In this document: positions 56,488-64,000 of the stretch, one piece after another
Layout of the letters: each line of letters opens with the position of its first letter
How positions within the stretch are numbered: the first letter of the stretch is position 1
NCBI GenBank assembly: GCA_964649845.1
Contig: CAZYSS010000001.1
Coordinates: forward strand, 15,009 to 79,008
From: an uncultured Oscillospiraceae bacterium
GTDB lineage: Bacteria; Bacillota; Clostridia; Oscillospirales; Ruminococcaceae
Direction: 5' to 3'
Length of the DNA: 64,000 bases
Position numbers and translations under genes: made by a program
The notes under the pieces: model-generated
What the model saw: only the letters and a program-made list of their open reading frames with translations
What the model was told of the DNA's origin: nothing
Database searches by the model: none

Positions 56488-56837
56488 TGAATATTGCGCC
56501 GGCGGTAATAATCAGCCTGCTGTCTGTGGCAGTAAATGGTATAGCATCCACTATGGCGGTGCTGGGCGGTGATACCCTGCTGCTGGGCGTGTCTGTGCTG
56601 GAAGCGGCGGCAAGTGCATATTTTATATTTTTTGCAATGGGATTACTGACCACTGGCACAATGTGGGACAAAATCCATACCCGGTGGTATAAAAAGATAT
56701 TGTATGTTTTTACTTTTCCCCTGTTTATGCTGACCTGGGTGCCTGTATCCATCGCTGCACTGCTGCAGGACGTGACCTGGCAGCCTATAACCCACACCAG
56801 AAAAGGAAACCTTCATACCATAAAAGAGAAAAAATAA
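56487..56837 (+). CDS. Three-TM fragment, probable C-terminal membrane part of the GT2 synthase
   Basis: Begins inside the ATGTGATG overlap in the -1 frame. It is hydrophobic. The combined length of 300 + 116 aa matches typical GT2 synthases. Confidence 0.5.
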   Translation: MNIAPAVIISLLSVAVNGIASTMAVLGGDTLLLGVSVLEAAASAYFIFFAMGLLTTGTMWDKIHTRWYKKILYVFTFPLFMLTWVPVSIAALLQDVTWQPITHTRKGNLHTIKEKK

Positions 56838-56842
56838 TCATA

Positions 56843-56865
56843 ACCACCCAGACGGGTGGTTTTTG
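56843..56865 (+). terminator. Intrinsic terminator
   Basis: ACCACCC / GGGTGGT stem followed by TTTTT. Confidence 0.75.
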
Positions 56866-56954
56866 TTTGTATAAATATGTGGGTATGCAGGTGGGACAGG
56901 GATGATATTTCAAATGCAGGAGCGCATAAACAGGCAGATGGATAATCGGACTTT

Positions 56955-57156
56955 GTAGGGGAGGCGTTTCGCCTCCCGCTGGCGACTGATAGTCGCCCCT
57001 ACGTGGTTGTTCCAGAACATTAATTTGTTATTATTTACGGGCGGGGATGGAACCCCTCCCCTCGGAGTTTGGTGTAAAATAAGTCCTCGTAGCGGAGGGT
57101 TTCCACGCCCTCCCGTTTGTGGGACGGGGGAACGGCAGTGAATCTGCCCCCCTTAC
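56955..57156. repeat. REP/BIME-like array (cluster C): five GC-rich hairpins with GTAG/CTAC-type tails
   Basis: Five units at 56955-78, 56981-57002, 57039-63, 57089-115 and 57121-56. Several are near-identical to units of cluster B. Confidence 0.8.
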
Positions 57157-57165
57157 ACATCATTC

Positions 57166-57206
57166 AAAAAAACACAAAAAAAGAGATGCCCGAGGGCATC
57201 TCTTTT
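57166..57206. terminator. Strong bidirectional terminator (serves the malY/patB-like gene)
   Basis: AAGAGATGCCC / GGGCATCTCTT 11-bp stem flanked by A-runs and T-runs. Confidence 0.85.
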
Positions 57207-57227
57207 ATATGACTTTTCAGTAATAAA

Positions 57228-58454
57228 TTACCATTCAGCGTTGATAACGTATTTTGTCAGTCTGTCGAATGCTTCAACTACGGAGCTGTGTGGGCAAGCA
57301 AAGTTGAAACGTGCGTGGCATGGACCGTGGAATGGACGACCGTCCTGGCAGATAACGCCTACAGATACACATTTCTGCAGAACTTCATCCATTGTTTTGC
57401 CGCGTTTTTCACAGAATTCTGTCCAGTCAAGGAACATTACGTATGTACCCTGTGGTTTCTGTGTTTTAACGAGGCCGCCCCATGTCTGCATTACATCGTA
57501 AGCATGCTGCTGGTTGGATTTGATTACTTTGATGAGTTCATCAACGTATTCGCCACCTTCATTGTATGCACCAACGAGAGCGTGAACAGACAGAACGTTT
57601 GGCTGGTTGTAGTGTGTCTGTGCAGCCAGTTCTCTACATTTTGCACGACATTCGTCGTTGTGGATAACTGAGTAAGCACCTACGAGACCTGCAAGGTTGA
57701 ATGTTTTTGTACATGCGTACATGCAGGATACTTTGTCTTTTGCCAGTTCAGAAACTGACCATGCTGGCAGATGTGTGCCATCCATGATAAAGTCGGACCA
57801 GATTTCGTCAGAGATGATCTTAACGTCATGTTTAACCATCAGTTCAACGAATTTCTGGATTTCCCAAGCTTCCCAAACACGGCCTGTTGGGTTATGTGGG
57901 TTACAGAAGATAGCTACTTTGATGTTGTTTTCAACAACTTTCTTTTCCATATCTTCGAAGTCCATTCTGTATGTGCCTTCTTCGTCCTGTACCAGTTCGG
58001 AGAGAACGATTGTACGTTTAGCAGCATTTACAGTACCTGTGAAGCCGATGTATGTTGGGCTGTGGAGGAGAACTGGATCGCCTTCTTCTGTGTAAACACG
58101 GATAACGTTGGAAACGCCACCGAGAACAGAGTTTTCGTAGGAGATAACGTCTGGGTTTTCGATTGTTACGTTGTTTCTTTCTTTATGCCATTTGATGATA
58201 GCATCGTAGAAACCTGTGCCTGCCAGTGGGAAGTAACCCATAGCTGGAGAAGCGAAGAGACGAGCCATGATAGCGTCGATAACTGCTGGAGCTGTTGGGA
58301 AGTCCATGTCAGCAACCCACATTGGAATGTGTGAGAAACCTTCTTCTACTTTAGCGCCTGGGATTGGAATCATATCCCATTTTGTTGAGTCAAGACCACG
58401 ACGGTCCATAACTGTTTCAAAGTCATATCTTTTTGCAAATTTAGAATATGCCAT
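57228..58454 (-). CDS. MalY/PatB-family PLP-dependent C-S lyase (cystathionine beta-lyase-like)
   Basis: N-terminal DRRGLDSTKWD signature and class I/II aminotransferase layout. Start at the internal Met with an AAGGATGG RBS. Confidence 0.85.
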   Translation of the reverse strand: MAYSKFAKRYDFETVMDRRGLDSTKWDMIPIPGAKVEEGFSHIPMWVADMDFPTAPAVIDAIMARLFASPAMGYFPLAGTGFYDAIIKWHKERNNVTIENPDVISYENSVLGGVSNVIRVYTEEGDPVLLHSPTYIGFTGTVNAAKRTIVLSELVQDEEGTYRMDFEDMEKKVVENNIKVAIFCNPHNPTGRVWEAWEIQKFVELMVKHDVKIISDEIWSDFIMDGTHLPAWSVSELAKDKVSCMYACTKTFNLAGLVGAYSVIHNDECRAKCRELAAQTHYNQPNVLSVHALVGAYNEGGEYVDELIKVIKSNQQHAYDVMQTWGGLVKTQKPQGTYVMFLDWTEFCEKRGKTMDEVLQKCVSVGVICQDGRPFHGPCHARFNFACPHSSVVEAFDRLTKYVINAEW

Positions 58455-58755
58455 GGTTGTATACCATCCTTTCGTTTTAGCACCGCAAGAATTTTTTGGG
58501 CGGTACTTTGTCAAGTAACATTTTACTACAGTTAAGTAAATTTGTGAATAGTTATTTTCCAAAATCTACAAATTGATTAATTAAGTTGAAAATTTTTGTG
58601 CACTTTTAATGCTTGACGTTCAAAGTTTATTAACAATTGTAATTTTTGTTTTACATCAAGAAACAAATGTACATAAAAGTCGCAAAAAATTAATTGAAAA
58701 ATCCAAGTTTGCTAAAAAAATAACATATTCGATAATTTTTTATTCACTGGATTAT

Positions 58756-59295
58756 TCATAAATTTTCCATTGCTGCTTCCTCTTTTGCATAGGAGAAAAG
58801 CTGGGCAGAAAGGATAACAAAAATAAGTATATTGGCTAATGCAATGCCGTAAACCAGCCAGAGATTAGGCAGGAAAGACATTATAATATTTGTGGCAGTA
58901 ATACCCACAACAACCCATGTGCGCAGACGGCGTATTGCTGCACCATGACCGGCAGAAGCTTCCCTGTCTGCAATATCGGCAATATTGGTCAGCAGTTGGA
59001 AGTGGGTGTAGATATAAATAACGCTGACAAAGATTGAAAGGATATACACATCCAATGTGACACCAAATATTTTCAGCAGCCATTCGATTGCAGTGTAGCC
59101 AATCATCAGCATTACAAATTTTTCCAGCAGTTTTGCGGTAGGCTCTTTTTCCGCTATGGCAGGCAGTGCTGAAAATATCAGCATATAGCCCCACCAGTCC
59201 GGCAGGATGTCTATGGTAGCCAGATTGATATGAAAATGTATCAGCAGATATGCCCAGGCCACAGAACGTATGGACTGACTATAAGTTTTGTTCAT
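58756..59295 (-). CDS. Hypothetical polytopic membrane protein, distal gene of the blaI-blaR1-like operon
   Basis: About 5 TM segments. Overlaps the end of the M56 gene by 17 nt. Confidence 0.55.
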   Translation of the reverse strand: MNKTYSQSIRSVAWAYLLIHFHINLATIDILPDWWGYMLIFSALPAIAEKEPTAKLLEKFVMLMIGYTAIEWLLKIFGVTLDVYILSIFVSVIYIYTHFQLLTNIADIADREASAGHGAAIRRLRTWVVVGITATNIIMSFLPNLWLVYGIALANILIFVILSAQLFSYAKEEAAMENL

Positions 59296-61177
59296 AAACT
59301 TCCCCCGTTTCCATATCAATTTTCAGTGTGAGATAATGGTCTGTGCCCAGCCACAGGTCGAACTGTAGTGCCGCAGGCATCTGTGAATTGTCTGCCTCAA
59401 GTATAAGGCTGTCCCACAGGATTCCGTCAAAATTTTCTCCAAACACTGTATTGTTCATACTGTAGCCAGCACTGCTGGACATAACAATACTCTGGTTTCC
59501 CAACATTCCCTGTGACATTTCCCGGGTGTTATGGTTGTCAGACATATTTTCCAGTGCACCTGTGGCAATGGCTGCACTGCCAAAGCCAAGGCAGCTTTCA
59601 TCCAGTTGAAACCAGGTCTGCAGTTCTGTGCGCTTTTGAGGAAATTCTGCATTCAGCAAAGGCACTGATTCTTCATCATATCCCCTGTACCATACGGTAT
59701 CACCTGTGATTTTCAGCCTGCCGTAGTCGGTTTCATATTCCACATTTATTATACCGCTGTAGCCCATTGTGTTTGGCGGGCCGCTGGTATGGTCTATTGA
59801 GTTTGTAAAAATGTATTTGTAATCAGCCGTCTGGTGAACTTTCCAGCCATTTTCATATGTGACCTCTATAGGAATAAGATAATATTCTGTGCCGTAATTA
59901 TCTCCGTAGACAAAATTTTTCAGCATAATATTGGCCGTGCAGCCGCCTGTTTCTGTGTGTTGTATGCCGATTACCGAATACATTTCATCAGACTGGTACA
60001 AGCTGTCAAAATCCGGCAATGCAAATTTACCGGTTTCTTTTTCTGACAGGGCAGGTATGCCGTAAATATCATAGCTGAAAACAATTGATTTAGCATAAGC
60101 GTCAATTGCGCCATCCACAGTGGTACAGCGCGCCAGCTGGGCTTTGGCCACAGCCAGTTTGTATTCATAGCTGTTTTTATTTGTGTGTTCCCACCCATCA
60201 AAATATGTAATGGCAGTGCCTTTTATTGCCAGTGGGAACAGCAGTGCCACTATACAGCCTGCCACCACGCCCATACCCTGCGGATATTTTTTGAAACGGG
60301 CGATAGCCTGTATTCTCTCTGCGATAAAGCGGCCGCCGTTGGAAATTGATGTGGTGCCAAAGGCTGAAGGGTACTTGTCGTTTGTCATAGACAGCAGTAT
60401 TCTGCCGTATTCCCTGCGGTCTTCTCCGGTCAGCAGTTCCATTACCCTGTAGTCACACAAAGTTTCCATATCGTTGTGTATTGTTCTGAACACAAACTGC
60501 AGCAGTGGATTAGGCCAGTGAAGTGCCTTTGCCAGTGACCAGAAAACATTCTGCCACAGGTCCTTGTTCTTCAGGTGCAGCAGTTCGTGAAGAATTACCT
60601 TTTCATCGGTTTCATCATCTGCAGGCAGTACCAGCACAGGATTGAGAACCCCAAACACAAAGGCTGACGGCAGACCGCTGACCATTTTCACCCTGCAGGG
60701 TTGCAGGCTGTAGCTGTCTGCAACAGATTTCACAAAAAGCTGTGTGTCTGCGTCTGCGTTTTTGCTGGTGGAAATAAGCATTTTCAGTCTGATATAGCCA
60801 ATAAAATATCTGCACAGATACAGGATTATCCCTGCCACATATACTGTAAACAGAATATCTGTGATGCTGTGCGGCGCCTCTGTGACAACAGGCAGGATAT
60901 GGCTGTTGTGTATTGCCTCACCGGCAGAGGTGTAAACAGAGTCCAGCCCCTGTTCTGCATAGTTTTTCATCGCCTGCAGGTAAATATGCCGCTGCGGCAA
61001 TATATAGCCGCCCAGACTGCCCACAGGTATAAGCAGACAGAAAACCAGCGCAGACCACACACCGTACTGCCAGCGTGCAGGCAGCTTATCTTTTAAAATC
61101 AGCTTAAGCCCCAGAATTGTCAGCGCCATGGATGACACATACAGGCTCTGATTCAAAAACCCCCATACGTTTGTCAC
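59279..61177 (-). CDS. BlaR1/MecR1-type M56 membrane metalloprotease sensor with non-PBP extracellular domain
   Basis: TM segments followed by HELLHLKNKD (HExxH). The C-terminal roughly 300 aa lack recognisable SxxK, SxN or KTG motifs. Confidence 0.85.
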   Translation of the reverse strand: MTNVWGFLNQSLYVSSMALTILGLKLILKDKLPARWQYGVWSALVFCLLIPVGSLGGYILPQRHIYLQAMKNYAEQGLDSVYTSAGEAIHNSHILPVVTEAPHSITDILFTVYVAGIILYLCRYFIGYIRLKMLISTSKNADADTQLFVKSVADSYSLQPCRVKMVSGLPSAFVFGVLNPVLVLPADDETDEKVILHELLHLKNKDLWQNVFWSLAKALHWPNPLLQFVFRTIHNDMETLCDYRVMELLTGEDRREYGRILLSMTNDKYPSAFGTTSISNGGRFIAERIQAIARFKKYPQGMGVVAGCIVALLFPLAIKGTAITYFDGWEHTNKNSYEYKLAVAKAQLARCTTVDGAIDAYAKSIVFSYDIYGIPALSEKETGKFALPDFDSLYQSDEMYSVIGIQHTETGGCTANIMLKNFVYGDNYGTEYYLIPIEVTYENGWKVHQTADYKYIFTNSIDHTSGPPNTMGYSGIINVEYETDYGRLKITGDTVWYRGYDEESVPLLNAEFPQKRTELQTWFQLDESCLGFGSAAIATGALENMSDNHNTREMSQGMLGNQSIVMSSSAGYSMNNTVFGENFDGILWDSLILEADNSQMPAALQFDLWLGTDHYLTLKIDMETGEVYEQNL

Positions 61178-61180
61178 AGG

Positions 61181-61546
61181 CTACACCTCCATATCGTCCA
61201 GTAGCTTGTTCAGCTTTGCCTTTTCTTCAGGTGTGATTTTGCTCTCTTTCAGAAAAGCGGCCACCAGGTCCCCCACAGAACCGCCGTAGACCTTGTTCAG
61301 CAGCTGCTGTCTTTCGTTGCGGGAGCAGTCTTCCCTGGTGATTCTGTATGAATAGCGGTGAGGGTCTGCGGTGCGGTCTATATCCACCAGACCTTTTTTC
61401 TCCATACGGGTAAGATAGGTATGCACCGTGTTGCGGCTCCATTTTGTATTTTCATAAAGGCTGTCTGTGATTTCTCCCAGAAGGAAACTTTCCCCGGACC
61501 AGAGAATATCCATAACCAGCCATTCGGAATCAGATAATTTCTGCAT
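61181..61546 (-). CDS. BlaI/MecI/CopY-family transcriptional repressor
   Basis: N-terminal winged helix LSDSEWLVMDILW...TVHTYLTRMEKKGL. Confidence 0.9.
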   Translation of the reverse strand: MQKLSDSEWLVMDILWSGESFLLGEITDSLYENTKWSRNTVHTYLTRMEKKGLVDIDRTADPHRYSYRITREDCSRNERQQLLNKVYGGSVGDLVAAFLKESKITPEEKAKLNKLLDDMEV

Positions 61547-61553
61547 AACAAAC

Positions 61554-61608
61554 CTCCTACAGTTGTAGTATCTATTATCATACTACAACTGTAGGAGTGT
61601 TTTGTCAA
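61554..61608 (-). promoter_or_regulatory. blaI-like promoter with 18-bp perfect inverted repeat containing two TACA/TGTA boxes
   Basis: On the minus strand, TTGACA, 17-nt spacer, TAGTAT. CTCCTACAGTTGTAGTAT (61554-71) and ATACTACAACTGTAGGAG (61580-97) are exact reverse complements. The proximal arm contains the GGAGG RBS. Confidence 0.7.
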
Positions 61609-61636
61609 GAAGCAATTGACATTTTTATCAGATTAT

Positions 61637-61662
61637 GCAAAAAGCCGGTCAGACCGGCTTTT
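61637..61662 (-). terminator. Intrinsic terminator after the 553-aa membrane protein gene
   Basis: AAGCCGGTC / GACCGGCTT stem with a T-run on the minus strand. Confidence 0.75.
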
Positions 61663-61681
61663 CAATGCTCACTATAGTATT

Positions 61682-63340
61682 TTATTTTGCTCTTACCAGC
61701 TGATACACAGGCAAAGAATGTCCCTCCACCCAAACAACATCAACTGCTGTTCCCAGTTGCCGTGAGGCATATTCTGCAATAATATGGGCATTGTTACCCA
61801 CCAGATAAACATTGGCTTTGTCCACGCTGTCTGCCATTGGTCTGACAATGCCATAGTTGCCCAGAACTGCTTTTCGGTGCGGTGTGTGGGACAGCCAGCC
61901 GCCAAGGACAACAATATTGCTGAAATAATTATCTGTGCGGGGCTTCCACACGTCATAGCCCGCCGCCAGGTCTATCTGTTCGCAGCTGAGGAGATACAGA
62001 TTGTCCTTGTCCCGGCTGAGCACATCATAAGCTGAGTTTTTCTCCACTCTGCTGCGCTGCCAGTAATCAGCGGTTTCTGCCAGGGAAATATATTCCGGCA
62101 GGCTTACAGCCGTCATAGCCGCCAGCAGCAGTACCAGCATTGTCTTGTTTTCAAACAGCTGCGGCACCAGGTCAATAAGGCAAAACAGAATTACTACTGT
62201 AACAGCCCACAGCAGGCCGCTTTCCACCCAGCGTGTAAATCTGCCGCGGTACATCAGAAACAGCAACAGACCACCGAATATTCCCACAGTGGCTGCATAT
62301 GTCAGCCAACGGGGATTTTTCCTTATAAGCAACAGGCCACCGGCAAGTGCCAGTGCGAAGGCAAGGTGGCAGGAGCTGCCATACAGCAATGTTTTGAAGG
62401 TGTAGGCTGTGTCCATAACCGTCTGCAGTGCTGTTTTACCCGGCACTCTTTCACACAGGCTGTTTATAAATTCAGTGGTAAATCTCTGTCCGTCATAAAA
62501 ATCCCAGCTGTCCAGCAGTGCAAATTCATTGGCGGTCACATCATCGCCAAAAATATTATCGCCTTTCAGCAGGTAAACCTTGAAATCGCTGTATTCTGTA
62601 CGGGCAGTGTTGTACGCCACAAAGTCTTTCCAGCCGTCATTAGACCTGTAAATCATTACATCAGTCAGTTCAGCGCCAAAAATCACCGTAAAAAACGCAA
62701 TCATTGTCAACGCGGCATTCAGCCTACTTTTTCTGTCCATATAAAGAAAACGGGTCAGCAGTATGGCGGCATATATGCCCCCCACCGCAAAAAAGCTTTC
62801 CCATCTGGTCATACTGCCGCAGACCGATAGCAATATGCCCATAGCCGTGAAGATATTGAATTTTTCCAGATTTTCCGCTATCAGCATCAGACCGCCCGTG
62901 AGCATAATTACGCTGGTTTTGGAATACTGGAATGAATAGAAAAAGTTGGTGGCAAAGGGCAGCAGCAAGGCTGTGGCCAGTATCAGGCCCTTTGCAGTGC
63001 CCAGCCTGTTCATAAGGCAGTAAAAAACCGCACCTGCGCCCAGGCAGCACAAGATCAGCTGAGCGATTACATACCAGTTTATATCCCCTGCAAACATATA
63101 AAGAGGCTTTATCAGATTAAACAGGATAATATTGAGATAGACCGGGTATGCGTCAGTACCATAAGCCCCTGCAGATATATTGGCCAGAGTGGCGTCATCA
63201 TTTGTATCATAGCGTATGCCATACACCAACAGCACAAACCGCATCACAGCCAGTGGCACAGCTATTGCCAATACAGCATTCAGGCTTTTGTTCTGTCGGG
63301 TGCTGTTCCTGCAGGTTTTTGATATATTTACAGCTGCCAT
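61682..63340 (-). CDS. Hypothetical large polytopic membrane protein
   Basis: About 12 TM segments plus a soluble C-terminal domain of roughly 150 aa. Start chosen 6 nt after GGAGG. Family not recognised. The architecture is reminiscent of lipid-carrier-dependent glycosyltransferases. Confidence 0.5.
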   Translation of the reverse strand: MAAVNISKTCRNSTRQNKSLNAVLAIAVPLAVMRFVLLVYGIRYDTNDDATLANISAGAYGTDAYPVYLNIILFNLIKPLYMFAGDINWYVIAQLILCCLGAGAVFYCLMNRLGTAKGLILATALLLPFATNFFYSFQYSKTSVIMLTGGLMLIAENLEKFNIFTAMGILLSVCGSMTRWESFFAVGGIYAAILLTRFLYMDRKSRLNAALTMIAFFTVIFGAELTDVMIYRSNDGWKDFVAYNTARTEYSDFKVYLLKGDNIFGDDVTANEFALLDSWDFYDGQRFTTEFINSLCERVPGKTALQTVMDTAYTFKTLLYGSSCHLAFALALAGGLLLIRKNPRWLTYAATVGIFGGLLLFLMYRGRFTRWVESGLLWAVTVVILFCLIDLVPQLFENKTMLVLLLAAMTAVSLPEYISLAETADYWQRSRVEKNSAYDVLSRDKDNLYLLSCEQIDLAAGYDVWKPRTDNYFSNIVVLGGWLSHTPHRKAVLGNYGIVRPMADSVDKANVYLVGNNAHIIAEYASRQLGTAVDVVWVEGHSLPVYQLVRAK

Positions 63341-63432
63341 ATACATCCTCCTTGCTATTTATAAAAATATAATAGCTTATTGATAATAAAAAAGCAAATA
63401 AAAAAGGATATGCCGGGGCATACCCTCTGGTT

Positions 63433-64000
63433 TCAGTATTCAGCGTTTTCCAAAAGCCATTTTGCAACACCATCATTGTCGTTAGTATCAATCACGGCTG
63501 TGGCAATCTGTTTCAGTTGGTCCACGGCATTAGCCACGGCATAACATTCATCGCAGGCTTCAAACATGGATATATCATTTTTGCCATCTCCAAAGCATAT
63601 CACCCTGTCACAGCCCAGCTTTTCTTTCAACATCATTACCGCATTAGCCTTACCTGCGGCTTTTGGCATCAGTTCCAGCCACCACCGGCCGCTGTACACA
63701 TCTGTGTGGAACAGGGCATTGCAGGCAGGGTGGTCTTTTAACTGCCGATACAGCGGCCGCAGCTTTTCCCGGCTGTCTATGCACACGATATAGAATGTAT
63801 CGGAGATTTGCAGACAGCCATCTTCCTGCACAGGCAGATGGCGCAGGGTGCCTTCATACTCATAGATAAACTCCAGCATCTCCGCTGTGGATTTTTCCTT
63901 AATAAAAGACATATTTTCCATATTTTCATTGTAATGGTACACCAGCGGCGATACGCCGTTTTCCGTCAACAGGCGCACAAATTCCGCAGACACATTGTCC
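63433..64000 (-). CDS. Cof-type HAD-IIB hydrolase, C-terminal part (5' end outside window)
   Basis: VICFGDGKNDISMF (HAD motif IV). The frame stays open to the window edge. Confidence 0.8.
   Translation of the reverse strand, partial: DNVSAEFVRLLTENGVSPLVYHYNENMENMSFIKEKSTAEMLEFIYEYEGTLRHLPVQEDGCLQISDTFYIVCIDSREKLRPLYRQLKDHPACNALFHTDVYSGRWWLELMPKAAGKANAVMMLKEKLGCDRVICFGDGKNDISMFEACDECYAVANAVDQLKQIATAVIDTNDNDGVAKWLLENAEY

Noticed and set aside
58455-58755. S-box or T-box leader upstream of the malY/patB-like gene.
   Set aside because: The predicted 5' UTR is only about 65 nt, after a TTCACA, 17-nt spacer, TAAAAT promoter. There is no specifier, T-box or SAM-I conserved sequence. The rest is AT-rich spacer.
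1-64000. Mobile genetic island, prophage or defence island.
   Set aside because: There are no integrase, transposase, recombinase, phage structural, restriction-modification, toxin-antitoxin or cas-like genes. No tRNA boundary or flanking direct repeats were seen. Gene content is housekeeping and metabolic throughout.

Overview
The window looks like an ordinary chromosomal region of a moderate-GC, low-GC-Gram-positive anaerobe. The gene content is Clostridia-like, but I cannot verify taxonomy without a search. I found no rRNA, tRNA, CRISPR array, transposase, integrase or prophage genes.

The window holds about 63 protein genes at high coding density:
- glpK followed by a very large Sel1-repeat protein
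- a NitT/TauT-type ABC importer operon
- a lipoprotein FMN-bind/FAD flavin reductase
- a DUF1538 membrane protein with two PII-like proteins
- feoA-feoB plus a small Cys-rich ORF that is missing from the ORF track
- a MATE exporter and an MFS transporter
- a LysR regulator
- birA
- a complete 12-gene type II fatty-acid synthesis/acetyl-CoA carboxylase cluster (fabT-like regulator, acpP, accB, accC, fused accD-accA, fabH, two tandem FabK/NMO paralogs, fabD, fabG, fabF, fabZ)
- a domain-permuted GH3 beta-glucosidase
- several peptidases and amidohydrolases
- an OmpR/histidine-kinase pair next to a split GT2 synthase
- a BlaI/BlaR1-type module

The non-coding DNA is more unusual than the genes:
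- Three intergenic blocks at gene 3' ends carry clustered GC-rich hairpins with GTAG/CTAC tails (REP/BIME-like).
- A second repeat family of nested hairpins, bounded by AATGTCATTCTGAG / CTCAGAATGACATT, occurs at four loci.
- Several clear operator-like palindromes sit in promoters (acpP operon, feo, blaI, flavin reductase).

I see no single unmistakable novel system. The best candidates for something under-described are:
- the DUF1538-PII-PII transporter/signalling module
- the REP-like arrays
- the extra NMO-family flavoenzyme embedded in the FASII operon
- the surface flavin reductase with its own operator

All functional calls rest on motif recognition by eye. No database search was run.
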